Origin: a virus
Direction: 5' to 3' (one strand)
IMG/VR virus record: IMGVR_UViG_3300022602_001838
Span: 17,548 to 81,547 of that record
Length of the DNA stretch: 64,000 nt
The notes under the pieces are model-generated. The model did no database searches. It was not told the origin of the DNA and worked only from the letters and a program-made list of their open reading frames with translations. Below, in pieces: positions 54,996 through 64,000 of this stretch; the stretch's first letter is position 1; each line of letters begins with the position of its first letter. Both the position numbers and the translations under genes were made by a program.

Positions 54996-55535
54996 TTAGA
55001 TTAAACCTGCTGCTGCTCTTAGACTTTCTGTGAAGTCATTTTTTGGAGCTTTTGTAGTGACTTTTACTCCAGCTGCTGCCTTCATATTGTCTAGCTCTTC
55101 GGAACCAAAGCGTTTTTGATACTCGCTGGGGTTGGTTGGAACCAGCTTTTTCAATGTAGATAGACTTAATGGATGTTCTTCTTTAAGATTGTAGTAACGA
55201 ACACGCCACTGCGACATTTCTTGTCCAGTAACATTCATCAACTCATCCATCATTTTGATGATGTTTGCGGGGATATTTTCGTCACGTTCACATTCAATAA
55301 ACACGATATAGTCGCCGTCGTCCATTTCGCCCGAGCTAACGTCAGCGTCAATGACCCAGTTGTAGCCCTTCTCAATGAAGTTGACTAGATCGTTTGCTGG
55401 TTCTTTGCCCTTGCACTTGAAACTAACAACACAAACGTCTTCGTCACGACCCAACTTACTCTTGAACTCGTCAATGTGTAGTTCATCGTGTACCAAACGT
55501 TTCAAATCATCTTGTTCTAGACCTTCACGTAACAT
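54996..55535 (-). CDS. hypothetical phage protein
   Basis: 179 aa; IDEFKSKLG; TAATG coupling. Confidence 0.65.
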   Translation of the reverse strand: MLREGLEQDDLKRLVHDELHIDEFKSKLGRDEDVCVVSFKCKGKEPANDLVNFIEKGYNWVIDADVSSGEMDDGDYIVFIECERDENIPANIIKMMDELMNVTGQEMSQWRVRYYNLKEEHPLSLSTLKKLVPTNPSEYQKRFGSEELDNMKAAAGVKVTTKAPKNDFTESLRAAAGLI

Positions 55536-56110
55536 TATATTGCTCCTGGTGCTGCTGGTGCTGCTGGTGCTGGAGCTGCTGCGCCAGGTGCTGCACCGCC
55601 CTGATCTTGTGGAGTTTGATACATTTTATCGTCAAGACCTGTTTCATAGCTTTGATCGATATCTTCTGCGTCAACTGTTTCACTTTCAAGTTCCAGAGAA
55701 CCCTGTGTGATTTCCTGCATCAATTTCTTAGGGATAGTAATAGTAAGAAGCCAAACTGGAGCCTTGGCCAATTTTGGCATTTTAGTTCCAGCAACAAAGT
55801 CTGTGGGTTTTTTGACTTTGACTGGATATTCTAGCACATCGTGTTTGTATTTGATTACACAATCGTAATCTGCTAATCTTTTAGCACCACGTGTATCGGG
55901 TTTATTCTTATAGGGCCACATAAATGTGCAGGTTACAAAGTATTTTTCATACTCAGGTCCTGCTACAAGTTCGCCCTGTTTCCAGTGGTCGAATGTGTAG
56001 ATATCTAACTCATCAAGTACACGTTCAAAGTCCAACAGCGTATTGATAGCGCTGTCAGTCATATAAATGTCCTTGGTATTTTCTATAATGTCTTTAAGGC
56101 TTGTTGGCAT
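55535..56110 (-). CDS. hypothetical phage protein
   Basis: Likely start MPTSLK at 56110, 7 nt after CATAAATA; LLDFERVLDE. Confidence 0.65.
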   Translation of the reverse strand: MPTSLKDIIENTKDIYMTDSAINTLLDFERVLDELDIYTFDHWKQGELVAGPEYEKYFVTCTFMWPYKNKPDTRGAKRLADYDCVIKYKHDVLEYPVKVKKPTDFVAGTKMPKLAKAPVWLLTITIPKKLMQEITQGSLELESETVDAEDIDQSYETGLDDKMYQTPQDQGGAAPGAAAPAPAAPAAPGAI

Positions 56111-56120
56111 AATGAAGTAT

Positions 56121-56366
56121 TTATGCCGCTTGTGAGTCCTCAGCTTGCTTGCTGGTACGATCCCAATCTGTTTTGTTCCAAGCACGTTCGTGTAAATAGT
56201 AAAGTGTACTGTTAACGATTGTTGTAAAGCCAGCCAGACTTGCTCCAAATGCTACGCTGCCTGTAGTGAAGTAACCAATGGCAAAGTACTGTCCCATAAT
56301 AATAAGACGCCAGCTTAAAACTTTGGCAAGGCTGCGGGGGATTCTCTCTGTAATAGAGGTTTTCAT
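56121..56366 (-). CDS. DUF2061-like membrane protein
   Basis: RSLAK..SWR...YYLHERAW. Confidence 0.75.
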   Translation of the reverse strand: MKTSITERIPRSLAKVLSWRLIIMGQYFAIGYFTTGSVAFGASLAGFTTIVNSTLYYLHERAWNKTDWDRTSKQAEDSQAA

Positions 56367-56385
56367 AATAGTTCCTTTTGATTTA

Positions 56386-56415
56386 TAAGAGAAAGCTGGG
56401 CGTAGATGCCCAGCT
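56386..56415 (-). terminator. intrinsic terminator after dctP-like gene
   Basis: AGCUGGGC-AUCUAC-GCCCAGCU then UUCUCUU. Confidence 0.6.
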
Positions 56416-56426
56416 GATGTTATAGT

Positions 56427-57368
56427 TTAGCAGTTTTTGATGTTGTCTACAAGACCGCTGGTAAAGTAATCGTCATACATTGCGTATACGTCTGCGGTGA
56501 TTGCTTTGAATTTAGCCATTTCGGCATCACTCATACGAACAACTTCAACATTGTTTTGTTCGCATTCAGCAAGAATGTTTGGAATATCAGCAACGCTTTC
56601 ACGGCGTTCTGCACGGGCTGCATTAAATGCTGCTGTGCTTAGAATTTGCTGGACTTCTGGACTGAACTCTGCGAAGAAATCTTGGTTAACAATGATGCTA
56701 GTCAAGAATAAACTGTGTGCTGTGTCGTTAACAACTTTGAATGATTTGTATTGACCCAATGGGAAAACACGAACATAAGTTGATTCCCCAGCTTCAATAA
56801 CGCCTTTGTCAGCGTATTCGTTCATGGCTTCGAGACTGATGTGTTCCATTGGTTCAGCACCAAGCAATTTGAATGTATCAACTGCTACAGGGCTACGACT
56901 TGTACGAACTTTGCGACCTTTCCAGCTGTCTACTGTGTCTGCTTTGAAGTTTGCAGGCACAATGCGATAACCGCCGCTGTAAGTGAAGGCAAGACCTTTG
57001 ATGTTGCTAGTTGCGCTAACACCGTCTAACAATCCACGACCAATAGTACCTTCTAGTACACGGTCAGCATGATCGTGATCTTTGAAGATGAATGGTAAGT
57101 CAAGTGCGTGTAAGTCTTTGTTATAGTCACCCAACCAAGTAGTGTAGATGTGTGACATTTCGATAGCTCCGCTGTTGATAAGATCCATCAGATCATATTT
57201 GGTAACGGCTTTGCCATCATTATATTTTGTTGCATAATCGCTGAGACTAAGAACTTCAATGTTAAACAGACCATTGGTTTTTTCATTGACTTCTTTGGCA
57301 AAGCGTTCAGCTACTTTTAAGAACAATCCGATAGGTTCGTGAGCGATAACCCATTTAATATGTTTCAT
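56427..57368 (-). CDS. TRAP DctP-like solute-binding protein without signal peptide
   Basis: FAKEVNEKTNG, LDLPFIFKD..H, G.KVR, F..LGA.P. Confidence 0.8.
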   Translation of the reverse strand: MKHIKWVIAHEPIGLFLKVAERFAKEVNEKTNGLFNIEVLSLSDYATKYNDGKAVTKYDLMDLINSGAIEMSHIYTTWLGDYNKDLHALDLPFIFKDHDHADRVLEGTIGRGLLDGVSATSNIKGLAFTYSGGYRIVPANFKADTVDSWKGRKVRTSRSPVAVDTFKLLGAEPMEHISLEAMNEYADKGVIEAGESTYVRVFPLGQYKSFKVVNDTAHSLFLTSIIVNQDFFAEFSPEVQQILSTAAFNAARAERRESVADIPNILAECEQNNVEVVRMSDAEMAKFKAITADVYAMYDDYFTSGLVDNIKNC

Positions 57369-57418
57369 TGTATTTTCCTTTGTGGGTATTAGAAGTGCTG
57401 TGTCGAATGACGCTAATA

Positions 57419-58084
57419 TTATTTATTCTTTTGAATGAATAATCTATTTTCTCTATCGGGCTGACAGCCAGCAAGTATGACTCTATCGAGCCAATGTTCG
57501 GCAATTGCCTGTACATATTTGTGATTGGCATCCACGGTGATAAACTTGTTTAATTTTACAGGATCTGTCTCTACAGGAAAATCCAGTATCTTACCAACCC
57601 ACTTGATATAATGCTCTTTGTGCAAGAAGAATGCTTCGTGGTCAAGAAAATGCACAGGAAACTCGCTGGGTAATAGCGTATTATAATAATAGTCCTGTGC
57701 GATGGGAGTTGTGTGCTGTTTGCGTACTCGCTCTTGTTGTACTTGATTGATATTTTGGTCTCTGACAATAATAGCAATCTCTACTTCTACTCCCAGACTT
57801 TTTGCTCGTTTAGCAACTTCTACAATCTTGGGAACATAACGAACCCCGTCAAAGAAGAAGGGGCAACTCACATTGGCTAGATGATATCTGGCACCATCAA
57901 ACTGTGCTGCTGTGAGCTTGTCGGGATCAACCCAGTATTCAGCAAAGGGTTCTTGGTCGCTGGGCACCCAATAGTTCTCTAACATAGCGTCCCATCCGCT
58001 CACATCTGGATGCATACTCAATATACGACTGAATAAATGGTTGCCTGATCCTTGTGGACCAGTTATGATTAGTAATTTCTTCAT
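57419..58084 (-). CDS. P-loop sulfotransferase-like protein
   Basis: ITGPQGSGNHLFSRILS.HP; IIVRD. Confidence 0.55.
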   Translation of the reverse strand: MKKLLIITGPQGSGNHLFSRILSMHPDVSGWDAMLENYWVPSDQEPFAEYWVDPDKLTAAQFDGARYHLANVSCPFFFDGVRYVPKIVEVAKRAKSLGVEVEIAIIVRDQNINQVQQERVRKQHTTPIAQDYYYNTLLPSEFPVHFLDHEAFFLHKEHYIKWVGKILDFPVETDPVKLNKFITVDANHKYVQAIAEHWLDRVILAGCQPDRENRLFIQKNK

Positions 58085-58731
58085 TGAGGCAAGTTTGCTA
58101 GATAGTCGTAGGTCTTGCCAGTGGCAATGCCTGTTAATTGAAATGTGACTCTGGGGTGCATACCAGCGTTGGCAGTTGAGTGTGGAATATTAGCCCAGTC
58201 AAATGTAGTAACATCACCAGCACGCCATTGATTCCAATGATAGTTGCCATACTCCCAAAACTGTCCAGGTTGCCAATCAGTTAATGAAATAAAGATACGC
58301 ATTATTCTACTGGGGTCTTCTGGGCACCACTTGTACAATTTGTCAATGTGTAAGTTCCATACTTCTCCTGGCATCTGTACGTGAATGCGTTCCATACAAT
58401 CTTCTAGTGCAAATGCTTCTGTGATTTTCTTTAGCTCTGCGGGTATAGTCCAGTTCAGATGTGTGATAGTATAGTCTTTACCATAACCAGCTCGCTCAAG
58501 ATCATATTCTTCTTTGACTTGATCTTCACGTGGTGCCATAACACCTTCGCCTTTGTAACCACGAGTGGCCCAAGTTGCTGGCTTTGCATTTGCAACAACG
58601 TCTGCAACGCTGTCAGTCCAAGTCGGAGTTATATGTCCTAAGTAACGAAGTACATCTTGCTTGCTGTCTACACGTGCAGAATCAAAGTGATAGTTACTTT
58701 TGGCTTTTGTTTCTTCCCAGTTGCTGATCAT
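58081..58731 (-). CDS. 2OG-Fe(II) / Asp-Asn beta-hydroxylase-like oxygenase
   Basis: PGEVWNLHID...W.AGD...D....HSTAN.G..PR. Confidence 0.7.
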   Translation of the reverse strand: MISNWEETKAKSNYHFDSARVDSKQDVLRYLGHITPTWTDSVADVVANAKPATWATRGYKGEGVMAPREDQVKEEYDLERAGYGKDYTITHLNWTIPAELKKITEAFALEDCMERIHVQMPGEVWNLHIDKLYKWCPEDPSRIMRIFISLTDWQPGQFWEYGNYHWNQWRAGDVTTFDWANIPHSTANAGMHPRVTFQLTGIATGKTYDYLANLPQ

Positions 58732-59357
58732 ATTAATACGCTCACTTGTATGTCTTGTTCTGTGTAACTTTGCTTGTACTCTTCCGGCGGTTGTTCCAAG
58801 CCCAGTATCAATGCTAGTCTAGTGTTGTTGTAAACACGATGTGGTTTTAGTCTGTCGTTGGCCCATTGAATGCCTGTGTTTTGTGCTTCAATAATCTTAG
58901 CCATACTGCGTAAATTTTCATAATTCTGATAGTTAGGGTAGGTGATATCAAAGTGACCGCACCGGACCCACCAACCCAAACAACTATCATCTGTACGATG
59001 CACTAACACTAGGGGACACTCAGGCCAAGTCTCGCGCAAGTATTCGATGTTCTGTTGGTAACTGAACCAATGACTTTTAACAATACGAACACCTGTGCCA
59101 CTGAACGGGCGATCAAATTCAGCTTCGTGTTCTTCTTTGGTACGTTCGCCAAACTCGTGTAAGAACCAGTCACCGAACTCCATACCAGGATCAAAGTAAG
59201 CACCAAGGTGCATTAACTGTTTAGTACCCGACGCATCGTGATAGTATGTGCGTTCTGCTCTGTAGTCTGTTTGATCTATGCTAGGGCTATAGTAGATGTT
59301 CTTTACTACGCTGCTCCACTTTGAGCCAGGAGCACCTGCTACGAAAATGTATTTCAT
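58728..59357 (-). CDS. P-loop sulfotransferase-like protein
   Basis: FVAGAPGSKWS; IVKSH; LVHR. Confidence 0.5.
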   Translation of the reverse strand: MKYIFVAGAPGSKWSSVVKNIYYSPSIDQTDYRAERTYYHDASGTKQLMHLGAYFDPGMEFGDWFLHEFGERTKEEHEAEFDRPFSGTGVRIVKSHWFSYQQNIEYLRETWPECPLVLVHRTDDSCLGWWVRCGHFDITYPNYQNYENLRSMAKIIEAQNTGIQWANDRLKPHRVYNNTRLALILGLEQPPEEYKQSYTEQDIQVSVLI

Positions 59358-60338
59358 TTATTCCTTGGATAAGTCTAGTTTACTTAGCACTGGCAAGAAC
59401 GTTGCTCGTAGTTCTTCCATATGCTTGCGTAAGCCTGCAGGAGTTAGTTCGCTTTCTTCGTAAAAGATAACCTGACCTTCCATATACTCACGATACTCAG
59501 GGCTATGGATGGCTGCACTAAAAGTACGTTGATACCAGTCTACAATTTCCTTGGGTGTGTTGGGTGGCAGTTCAATACTCCAAGCTGCATAGACATTGAT
59601 ACCTGGCGCTACGTCTTTGAGTAGTGGCACATTGGGATACTGTGGCATTTTGTGTGCGCCAGTAAATCCAATTGCTTTTACTCGGCCCGCGTCAACTAGT
59701 GCTTTGGCTACAGCAATGGGCATAATACCAAACTCTGTTCCAACTTTGCCATCATAACTGGCCACGCTTTGTACTGCTGGAACTGGACCATTGAACTTGA
59801 TTGCCTTGACAATATCGGGATTTCCGTGTGCCTTGTTTAGCAAATATTCAAAAGCTGTACGATGTGCCCCGCCTCCAGTTGCAACGTTGATAGGGCTAGT
59901 TGCAGTGCGTATTAGACGCATAAACTGCTCGGGAGTATTAACATCACTCTTGGGACTAGCAACCAAAACTAGCGGACTTTTGCCAATGGTCATAACATCA
60001 ATGAACGTATCGTAGTTGTACTTTTTGATATTCTTTTCCCAAATGTCATTGGTAACATAACTGCTCATATGACTGGGCAAGTTGATAGTATACCCGTCTG
60101 GTGCAGCATCCAAAAACTTGTTATTGGCAACAACACTGTCTGCTCCTGGCATACACTGTACAACATAGACAAATTTTGAGTCTGAGTTCTTTTGTACAAT
60201 TTCTGCCAATTTACGAAACGCAATTTCGTTGCCCGCGCCGGGGGCATTACCTACCAATACTGTAACGGGTTTAGTGGGCTCCCACGCAAAAGCCAAAATG
60301 GGTACGAGTAGCAATAATGCTAGAAATTTTTTCATCAT
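59358..60338 (-). CDS. tripartite tricarboxylate transporter binding protein (Bug/TctC)
   Basis: Signal peptide; P.KPVT..V...PG.G, PGA, PDGYT, PNVP, P..TPKEIV. Confidence 0.85.
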   Translation of the reverse strand: MMKKFLALLLLVPILAFAWEPTKPVTVLVGNAPGAGNEIAFRKLAEIVQKNSDSKFVYVVQCMPGADSVVANNKFLDAAPDGYTINLPSHMSSYVTNDIWEKNIKKYNYDTFIDVMTIGKSPLVLVASPKSDVNTPEQFMRLIRTATSPINVATGGGAHRTAFEYLLNKAHGNPDIVKAIKFNGPVPAVQSVASYDGKVGTEFGIMPIAVAKALVDAGRVKAIGFTGAHKMPQYPNVPLLKDVAPGINVYAAWSIELPPNTPKEIVDWYQRTFSAAIHSPEYREYMEGQVIFYEESELTPAGLRKHMEELRATFLPVLSKLDLSKE

Positions 60339-60413
60339 AGTTCCTTTGTTTAAATACTTATAGAAAAATCAAGTTCAGTAAAGAAATTTTTACTGTTCGA
60401 CAAAATTATTTAT

Positions 60414-61133
60414 ATGAATACTAAAATTTTTACTCTTTTACAAAAAAATTTGCAAACTGCATTTAATTTACCCAAGTACGCCAACATAGTCATAGACGAA
60501 GCAACTGTAGTGGATCAACTACCCTGGACGCCTGCACGCTACCGCAAATTCAAAGATGCTGTAGAATCAGAACTAAGTCTACCCTGTGACTATATTGGCA
60601 CACTTTATAGAATTACAGAGGATCTGAGCGAACGTTACATTCATCGCTTCTTTGCTGAAATTTGGAAACCCAGAACAAATGACTATGATTACACTGGCTG
60701 GCAACTTGCTGATGAAGTCAACGCCCTTAATCCTCGCAGCGTACTGGACGTGGGCTGTGGATATCATCCTTTTAAAGGTCGCATTCATAATCTTGTGGGC
60801 ATTGATCCTTATAACAACTGTGCTGACTATATGGTTGATATACTTGACTATGTGGGTCGTCATGATGTGGTTATTGCGCTAGGTTCAATCAACTTCAACA
60901 GCCGCGATGAGATTGAAGCACGTTTTGCAAAATGTGTTGATATCTTGGATCAGGGTGGTAGATTCATCCTACGTGCCAATCCTGGCATCACACACAAGAC
61001 CGGGCCTTATGTGGATATTTTCCCTTGGAGCTTTGAGATAGTTAAAGAGTTTGCAGATAAGTATAATTTAAAGTTGCTGGAATTTAAAAAGGATGGCAAC
61101 CAAAGATTATATTTTAGCTACCAAAAACTATGA
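60414..61133 (+). CDS. class I SAM methyltransferase with small N-terminal domain
   Basis: VLDVGCG, GIDP, ALGSINF. Confidence 0.75.
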   Translation: MNTKIFTLLQKNLQTAFNLPKYANIVIDEATVVDQLPWTPARYRKFKDAVESELSLPCDYIGTLYRITEDLSERYIHRFFAEIWKPRTNDYDYTGWQLADEVNALNPRSVLDVGCGYHPFKGRIHNLVGIDPYNNCADYMVDILDYVGRHDVVIALGSINFNSRDEIEARFAKCVDILDQGGRFILRANPGITHKTGPYVDIFPWSFEIVKEFADKYNLKLLEFKKDGNQRLYFSYQKL

Positions 61134-61675
61134 GTGAACTGACTTACGCACAAGAACAACTGAATATCTTCTATGGTCCCAGTTATCAATACCGTGATAC
61201 CTCAATGGATCAGTATGAAATGTCCGGATACAATCTGGCGCAGTTGTTCAATCCTGGCGATCATACCATACACATAAACTGTGGCAATAATCCCTTCAAG
61301 GGTATGGTGCCAAACTTTCGTGCGCAAGACCCCACTAACCCACGTGCTGACTATCTAATGACCATAGATCAGTATGCCAACGTACACAAGACCAGTAAGT
61401 TCAACAATGCTGTGATACTGAATGGCTTTGATACATACGCAGCGGTCAGTTTGGATTATTGGGTAAAAGTCATTGCCAGTATTATGATGAAACGTGATGC
61501 CAGAATCTTTTGGCGTACTGCAATCAACAACACTTATCCATGGACATTTGATGAGCACATCAGACTTGCTGCTCTAATCAATTACAGTGTTATTGGTATG
61601 GTGATGGAAACTGACACTGATATCTATGCTGAATGGAACAGCAATATCAAAAGTGCAAATTATTCTAACGGATAG
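61130..61675 (+). CDS. degenerate methyltransferase-like paralog
   Basis: HINCGNNPFKG aligns with DVGCGYHPFKG; shared ADY and PW.F. Confidence 0.55.
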   Translation: MSELTYAQEQLNIFYGPSYQYRDTSMDQYEMSGYNLAQLFNPGDHTIHINCGNNPFKGMVPNFRAQDPTNPRADYLMTIDQYANVHKTSKFNNAVILNGFDTYAAVSLDYWVKVIASIMMKRDARIFWRTAINNTYPWTFDEHIRLAALINYSVIGMVMETDTDIYAEWNSNIKSANYSNG

Positions 61676-61812
61676 CTTAATACTTATACCATATTTTTAG
61701 TATTTTATACGCACTTAAAATCACTGACTCCTCTGCTTTAAATACTTGCGTGAACATACTGTTGTTCACTTACTACAGTATGAATCACATTGACAACCCA
61801 GAGGAGTCCCAT

Positions 61813-62595
61813 TTGTCAAGACGTAGAAACAATCGAGCAATCGAAACAACGCAGTTTTATCCCCAATCTCAACCAAAACATATCAAAAGAGGCAGACAAC
61901 AACCTGAACTACAGGTAGTCACAGAAGATTACGTTCAACATCGAACGAAACGTGTAGAGTTAATTCCAAAAAGTTTAAATCAAGAAACCTACATTGAACT
62001 TTTAAATAGCCATCAGAAACTAATCATATTCGCAACAGGCCCAGCAGGGACTGGTAAAACAATGCTGGCTGTTATGGCTGCTATCAAAGCATACCAAGAA
62101 GGTCAATGTAAAAAAATCGTTATCACTCGCCCAGCAGTGGGTGTGGATGATGAGGAGCATGGGTTCTTACCCGGCGATCTTAATGCCAAGATGGCCCCTT
62201 GGACAAGACCCATTATGGATGTATTCGCTGAATACTATCGTCAGAGTGAAATTGCTAAAATGCTAGATGAACAAATCATAGAGGTATCTCCCCTAGCATT
62301 TATGCGTGGACGGACATTTAAAAACTCGTGGATCATCGCAGATGAAATGCAGAATGCCACACCATCACAAATGAAGATGCTGTTAACACGCTTAGGTGAA
62401 AACTCTAAAATGATAGTCACTGGTGATACAAAGCAAGCGGACCGTAAAGAGCAAGAAAACGGACTAATAGACTTCAAACGACTTGTTGCAGAGTACGAAA
62501 ATAGTCGCTATGTCGCTGGCGTCGAGTTTGCCGGTTCCGATATCCATCGCCACAAAGCAGTTGTGGAAGTCCTTAAAATCTACAAGGAGTTATGA
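61813..62595 (+). CDS. phoH: PhoH family ATPase
   Basis: GPAGTGKT, GFLPG, FMRGRTF, DEMQN, TRLG, GD..Q.D; likely TTG start after GAGGAG. Confidence 0.93.
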   Translation: MSRRRNNRAIETTQFYPQSQPKHIKRGRQQPELQVVTEDYVQHRTKRVELIPKSLNQETYIELLNSHQKLIIFATGPAGTGKTMLAVMAAIKAYQEGQCKKIVITRPAVGVDDEEHGFLPGDLNAKMAPWTRPIMDVFAEYYRQSEIAKMLDEQIIEVSPLAFMRGRTFKNSWIIADEMQNATPSQMKMLLTRLGENSKMIVTGDTKQADRKEQENGLIDFKRLVAEYENSRYVAGVEFAGSDIHRHKAVVEVLKIYKEL

Positions 62596-62844
62596 TTATC
62601 GGCGACGAGTTATACCACTAACAGTATTGTGTAGGGCAGAGAGATAGTCACTGTGACTTTGAATTTTTCTCTCTAGCTCTACAATACGGTTGTTCAAGGC
62701 CACGATTTGTTGACCTTGTTGTTCAATCACTTGTTTAGCGTCCTTGATAGTTTTTTCGTGAGAAAGAAGATTGGGACGAGGTGGAGCATTTGGGTCTACT
62801 GCCCGTTTTTTCTTTGCCCCATACATGTCAAATGCGTTAGCCAT
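62596..62844 (-). CDS. hypothetical coiled-coil protein
   Basis: 82 aa; AATAAATA 5 nt before ATG. Confidence 0.6.
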   Translation of the reverse strand: MANAFDMYGAKKKRAVDPNAPPRPNLLSHEKTIKDAKQVIEQQGQQIVALNNRIVELERKIQSHSDYLSALHNTVSGITRRR

Positions 62845-62852
62845 AAAGATAT

Positions 62853-63233
62853 TTATTCAGTCACAGTTTCTGTGGTTTCGTCTTTATTAGCATCCAATTC
62901 TGCTTGCATTTCGTCAAGCATTGAGTTCATATACTCGGCATCCAACTGTGTCATCACTGTGGTGACATATTTGTGGTAGCCCATGAAGTAGTGCTTGAAG
63001 TATTCGTCAAAACTACGAGCCGTCCCCCAACTGTTACGATCCACAGATTTCTTGGAGAGATTAAGAATGACCTTAGACATCGAACTGTTTTTCTTAAGTC
63101 CGCGGGTGATTTCAATCGATTCATCGTAAGTGATGTTGGCAAAATCCGCCATCCAACCCTTCTGGGAAGTATTAACTCCGGGTCTAGGTTTAAGATGGTA
63201 GAATGCCACAAGATAAATGTCCTTATTTTTCAT
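62853..63233 (-). CDS. hypothetical phage protein
   Basis: 126 aa. Confidence 0.6.
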   Translation of the reverse strand: MKNKDIYLVAFYHLKPRPGVNTSQKGWMADFANITYDESIEITRGLKKNSSMSKVILNLSKKSVDRNSWGTARSFDEYFKHYFMGYHKYVTTVMTQLDAEYMNSMLDEMQAELDANKDETTETVTE

Positions 63234-63846
63234 TGATTTTATGTTCTTTCAAATATTGTTTTATTGATTCTGGAATTTCAGTTACTGAGTTACTTTTTCT
63301 AACATTATCAGCGTAAGGTAATAGTTGTAAGTTTTCAATGGATGACACGAGTTCAATTGGGACATTGTACTTAAATGCTTCTGCTACTGGGTATTTGTGA
63401 TCCAGATGATAAACATTTTCGCCAAATAACCCAATGATATGATTGTCTGGGTTCAAAGTTTCCTTGTTTTTTCTATATGTATAGTTTGATCTGGTAACAA
63501 TGCGGCTTCTGTATTTTCTAAAATCTGAATAGATAGGATCATCAGACGGGATGATTTTTCGCATCTGCTCCTCTGCAATCTTTTTCTGTGCTTCTGATAC
63601 TGCTTTCATGCCCGGGTGAGTATCTTTTGTCAACCCTTTGTTCCAAGCAACAATATCTTGCTGTGATTTTGTCTTCTTATTAGATTCGCTTATTTTTTCA
63701 GACCAAGTACAAGTTCTTCCTCTATTACCATCCCCATTGATTTTCTTCATAGCTGGACATTTTGATACCCAGCTGCTGCAAATCTTTTTTCCATTTTTTT
63801 GAGTATGTGTTGCAGGGTTACCACAACCAAAAGCACAAAGTTCCAT
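63223..63846 (-). mobile_element. HNH homing endonuclease-like protein
   Basis: N-terminal C..GC, AWNKGLTK NUMOD-like motif, HLDHKYP...NLQ....DN..K. Confidence 0.75.
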
Positions 63847-63849
63847 AAA

Positions 63850-63879
63850 ATATCCTTTTATTTTATTTATTCAGGATAT
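63850..63879 (-). promoter_or_regulatory. late promoter inside an SD-sequestering hairpin
   Basis: AUAUCCU-(loop containing AAUAAAUA)-AGGAUAU, 3 nt before AUG. Confidence 0.65.
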
Positions 63880-63889
63880 GTCGCTTTGG

Positions 63890-64000
63890 TTATTTTCCTA
63901 TTTGACTTAGTTCGGTAATCATTGCGCTGACATTGATTTCCGGATCTGCTACCATACTATGATTTACCAGTCCTTTTCGAATTATCAAGATGGCTTCATC
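63890..64000 (-). CDS. clamp loader subunit (gp44/RFC-like), C-terminal end
   Basis: DEAILIIRKGLVNHSMVADPEINVSAMITELSQIGK-stop. Confidence 0.65.
   Translation of the reverse strand, partial: DEAILIIRKGLVNHSMVADPEINVSAMITELSQIGK

Noticed and set aside
48999-60338. Bacterial chromosome or contamination suggested by metabolic and transporter genes
   Set aside because: Genes are interleaved with lysis and phage genes and preceded by phage late-type promoters
60414-60600. Acyl-carrier-like N-terminal domain on the methyltransferase
   Set aside because: Only a vague helical resemblance and no DSL-type serine motif
1-64000. Alternative genetic code (stop-codon reassignment)
   Set aside because: Core genes are full length in code 11, and TAA, TGA and TAG all occur as stops at tight gene junctions
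1-64000. CRISPR array, tRNA or rRNA genes
   Set aside because: No regularly spaced repeat-spacer array or cloverleaf seen by eye; intergenic gaps are short (tRNAscan not run)

Overview
A 64 kb segment of a large T4-like (jumbo-type) dsDNA phage genome. It is densely coding, mostly on the minus strand, uses the standard genetic code, and probably infects a Gram-negative host (spanins, lipoproteins, Bug/TctC and TRAP binding proteins). It carries: (1) replication genes (PolB, sliding clamp, clamp-loader end, T4-type RNase H, DsbA-like protein) and a MoxR/metallopeptidase pair; (2) a dispersed 7-deazaguanine DNA-modification pathway (folE, queD, queE, a DpdL-like second T-fold protein, dpdA; no queC/queF in the window) with glycosyltransferase, oxidoreductase, MazG, PP-loop and sulfotransferase-like neighbours, and a preQ1-I-like pseudoknot in front of queD; (3) a late block (33.7-43.2 kb) of modular polyproteins with MxxxxLFE N-termini, whose enzyme modules are separated by hydrophobic-x-E / QGVAEG linkers, including an 18-bp repeat identical at DNA level; (4) ClpA and DnaJ, an acyl-CoA synthetase/SDR/BKACE operon, a lysis cassette with an FG-repeat holin, a transporter-binding-protein island, PhoH and two homing endonucleases. 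Sigma70-type and T4-late-type (TAAATA) promoters, leaderless starts and RBS-sequestering hairpins are readable in the intergenic DNA. All protein calls come from motif recognition by eye; no database searches were run.
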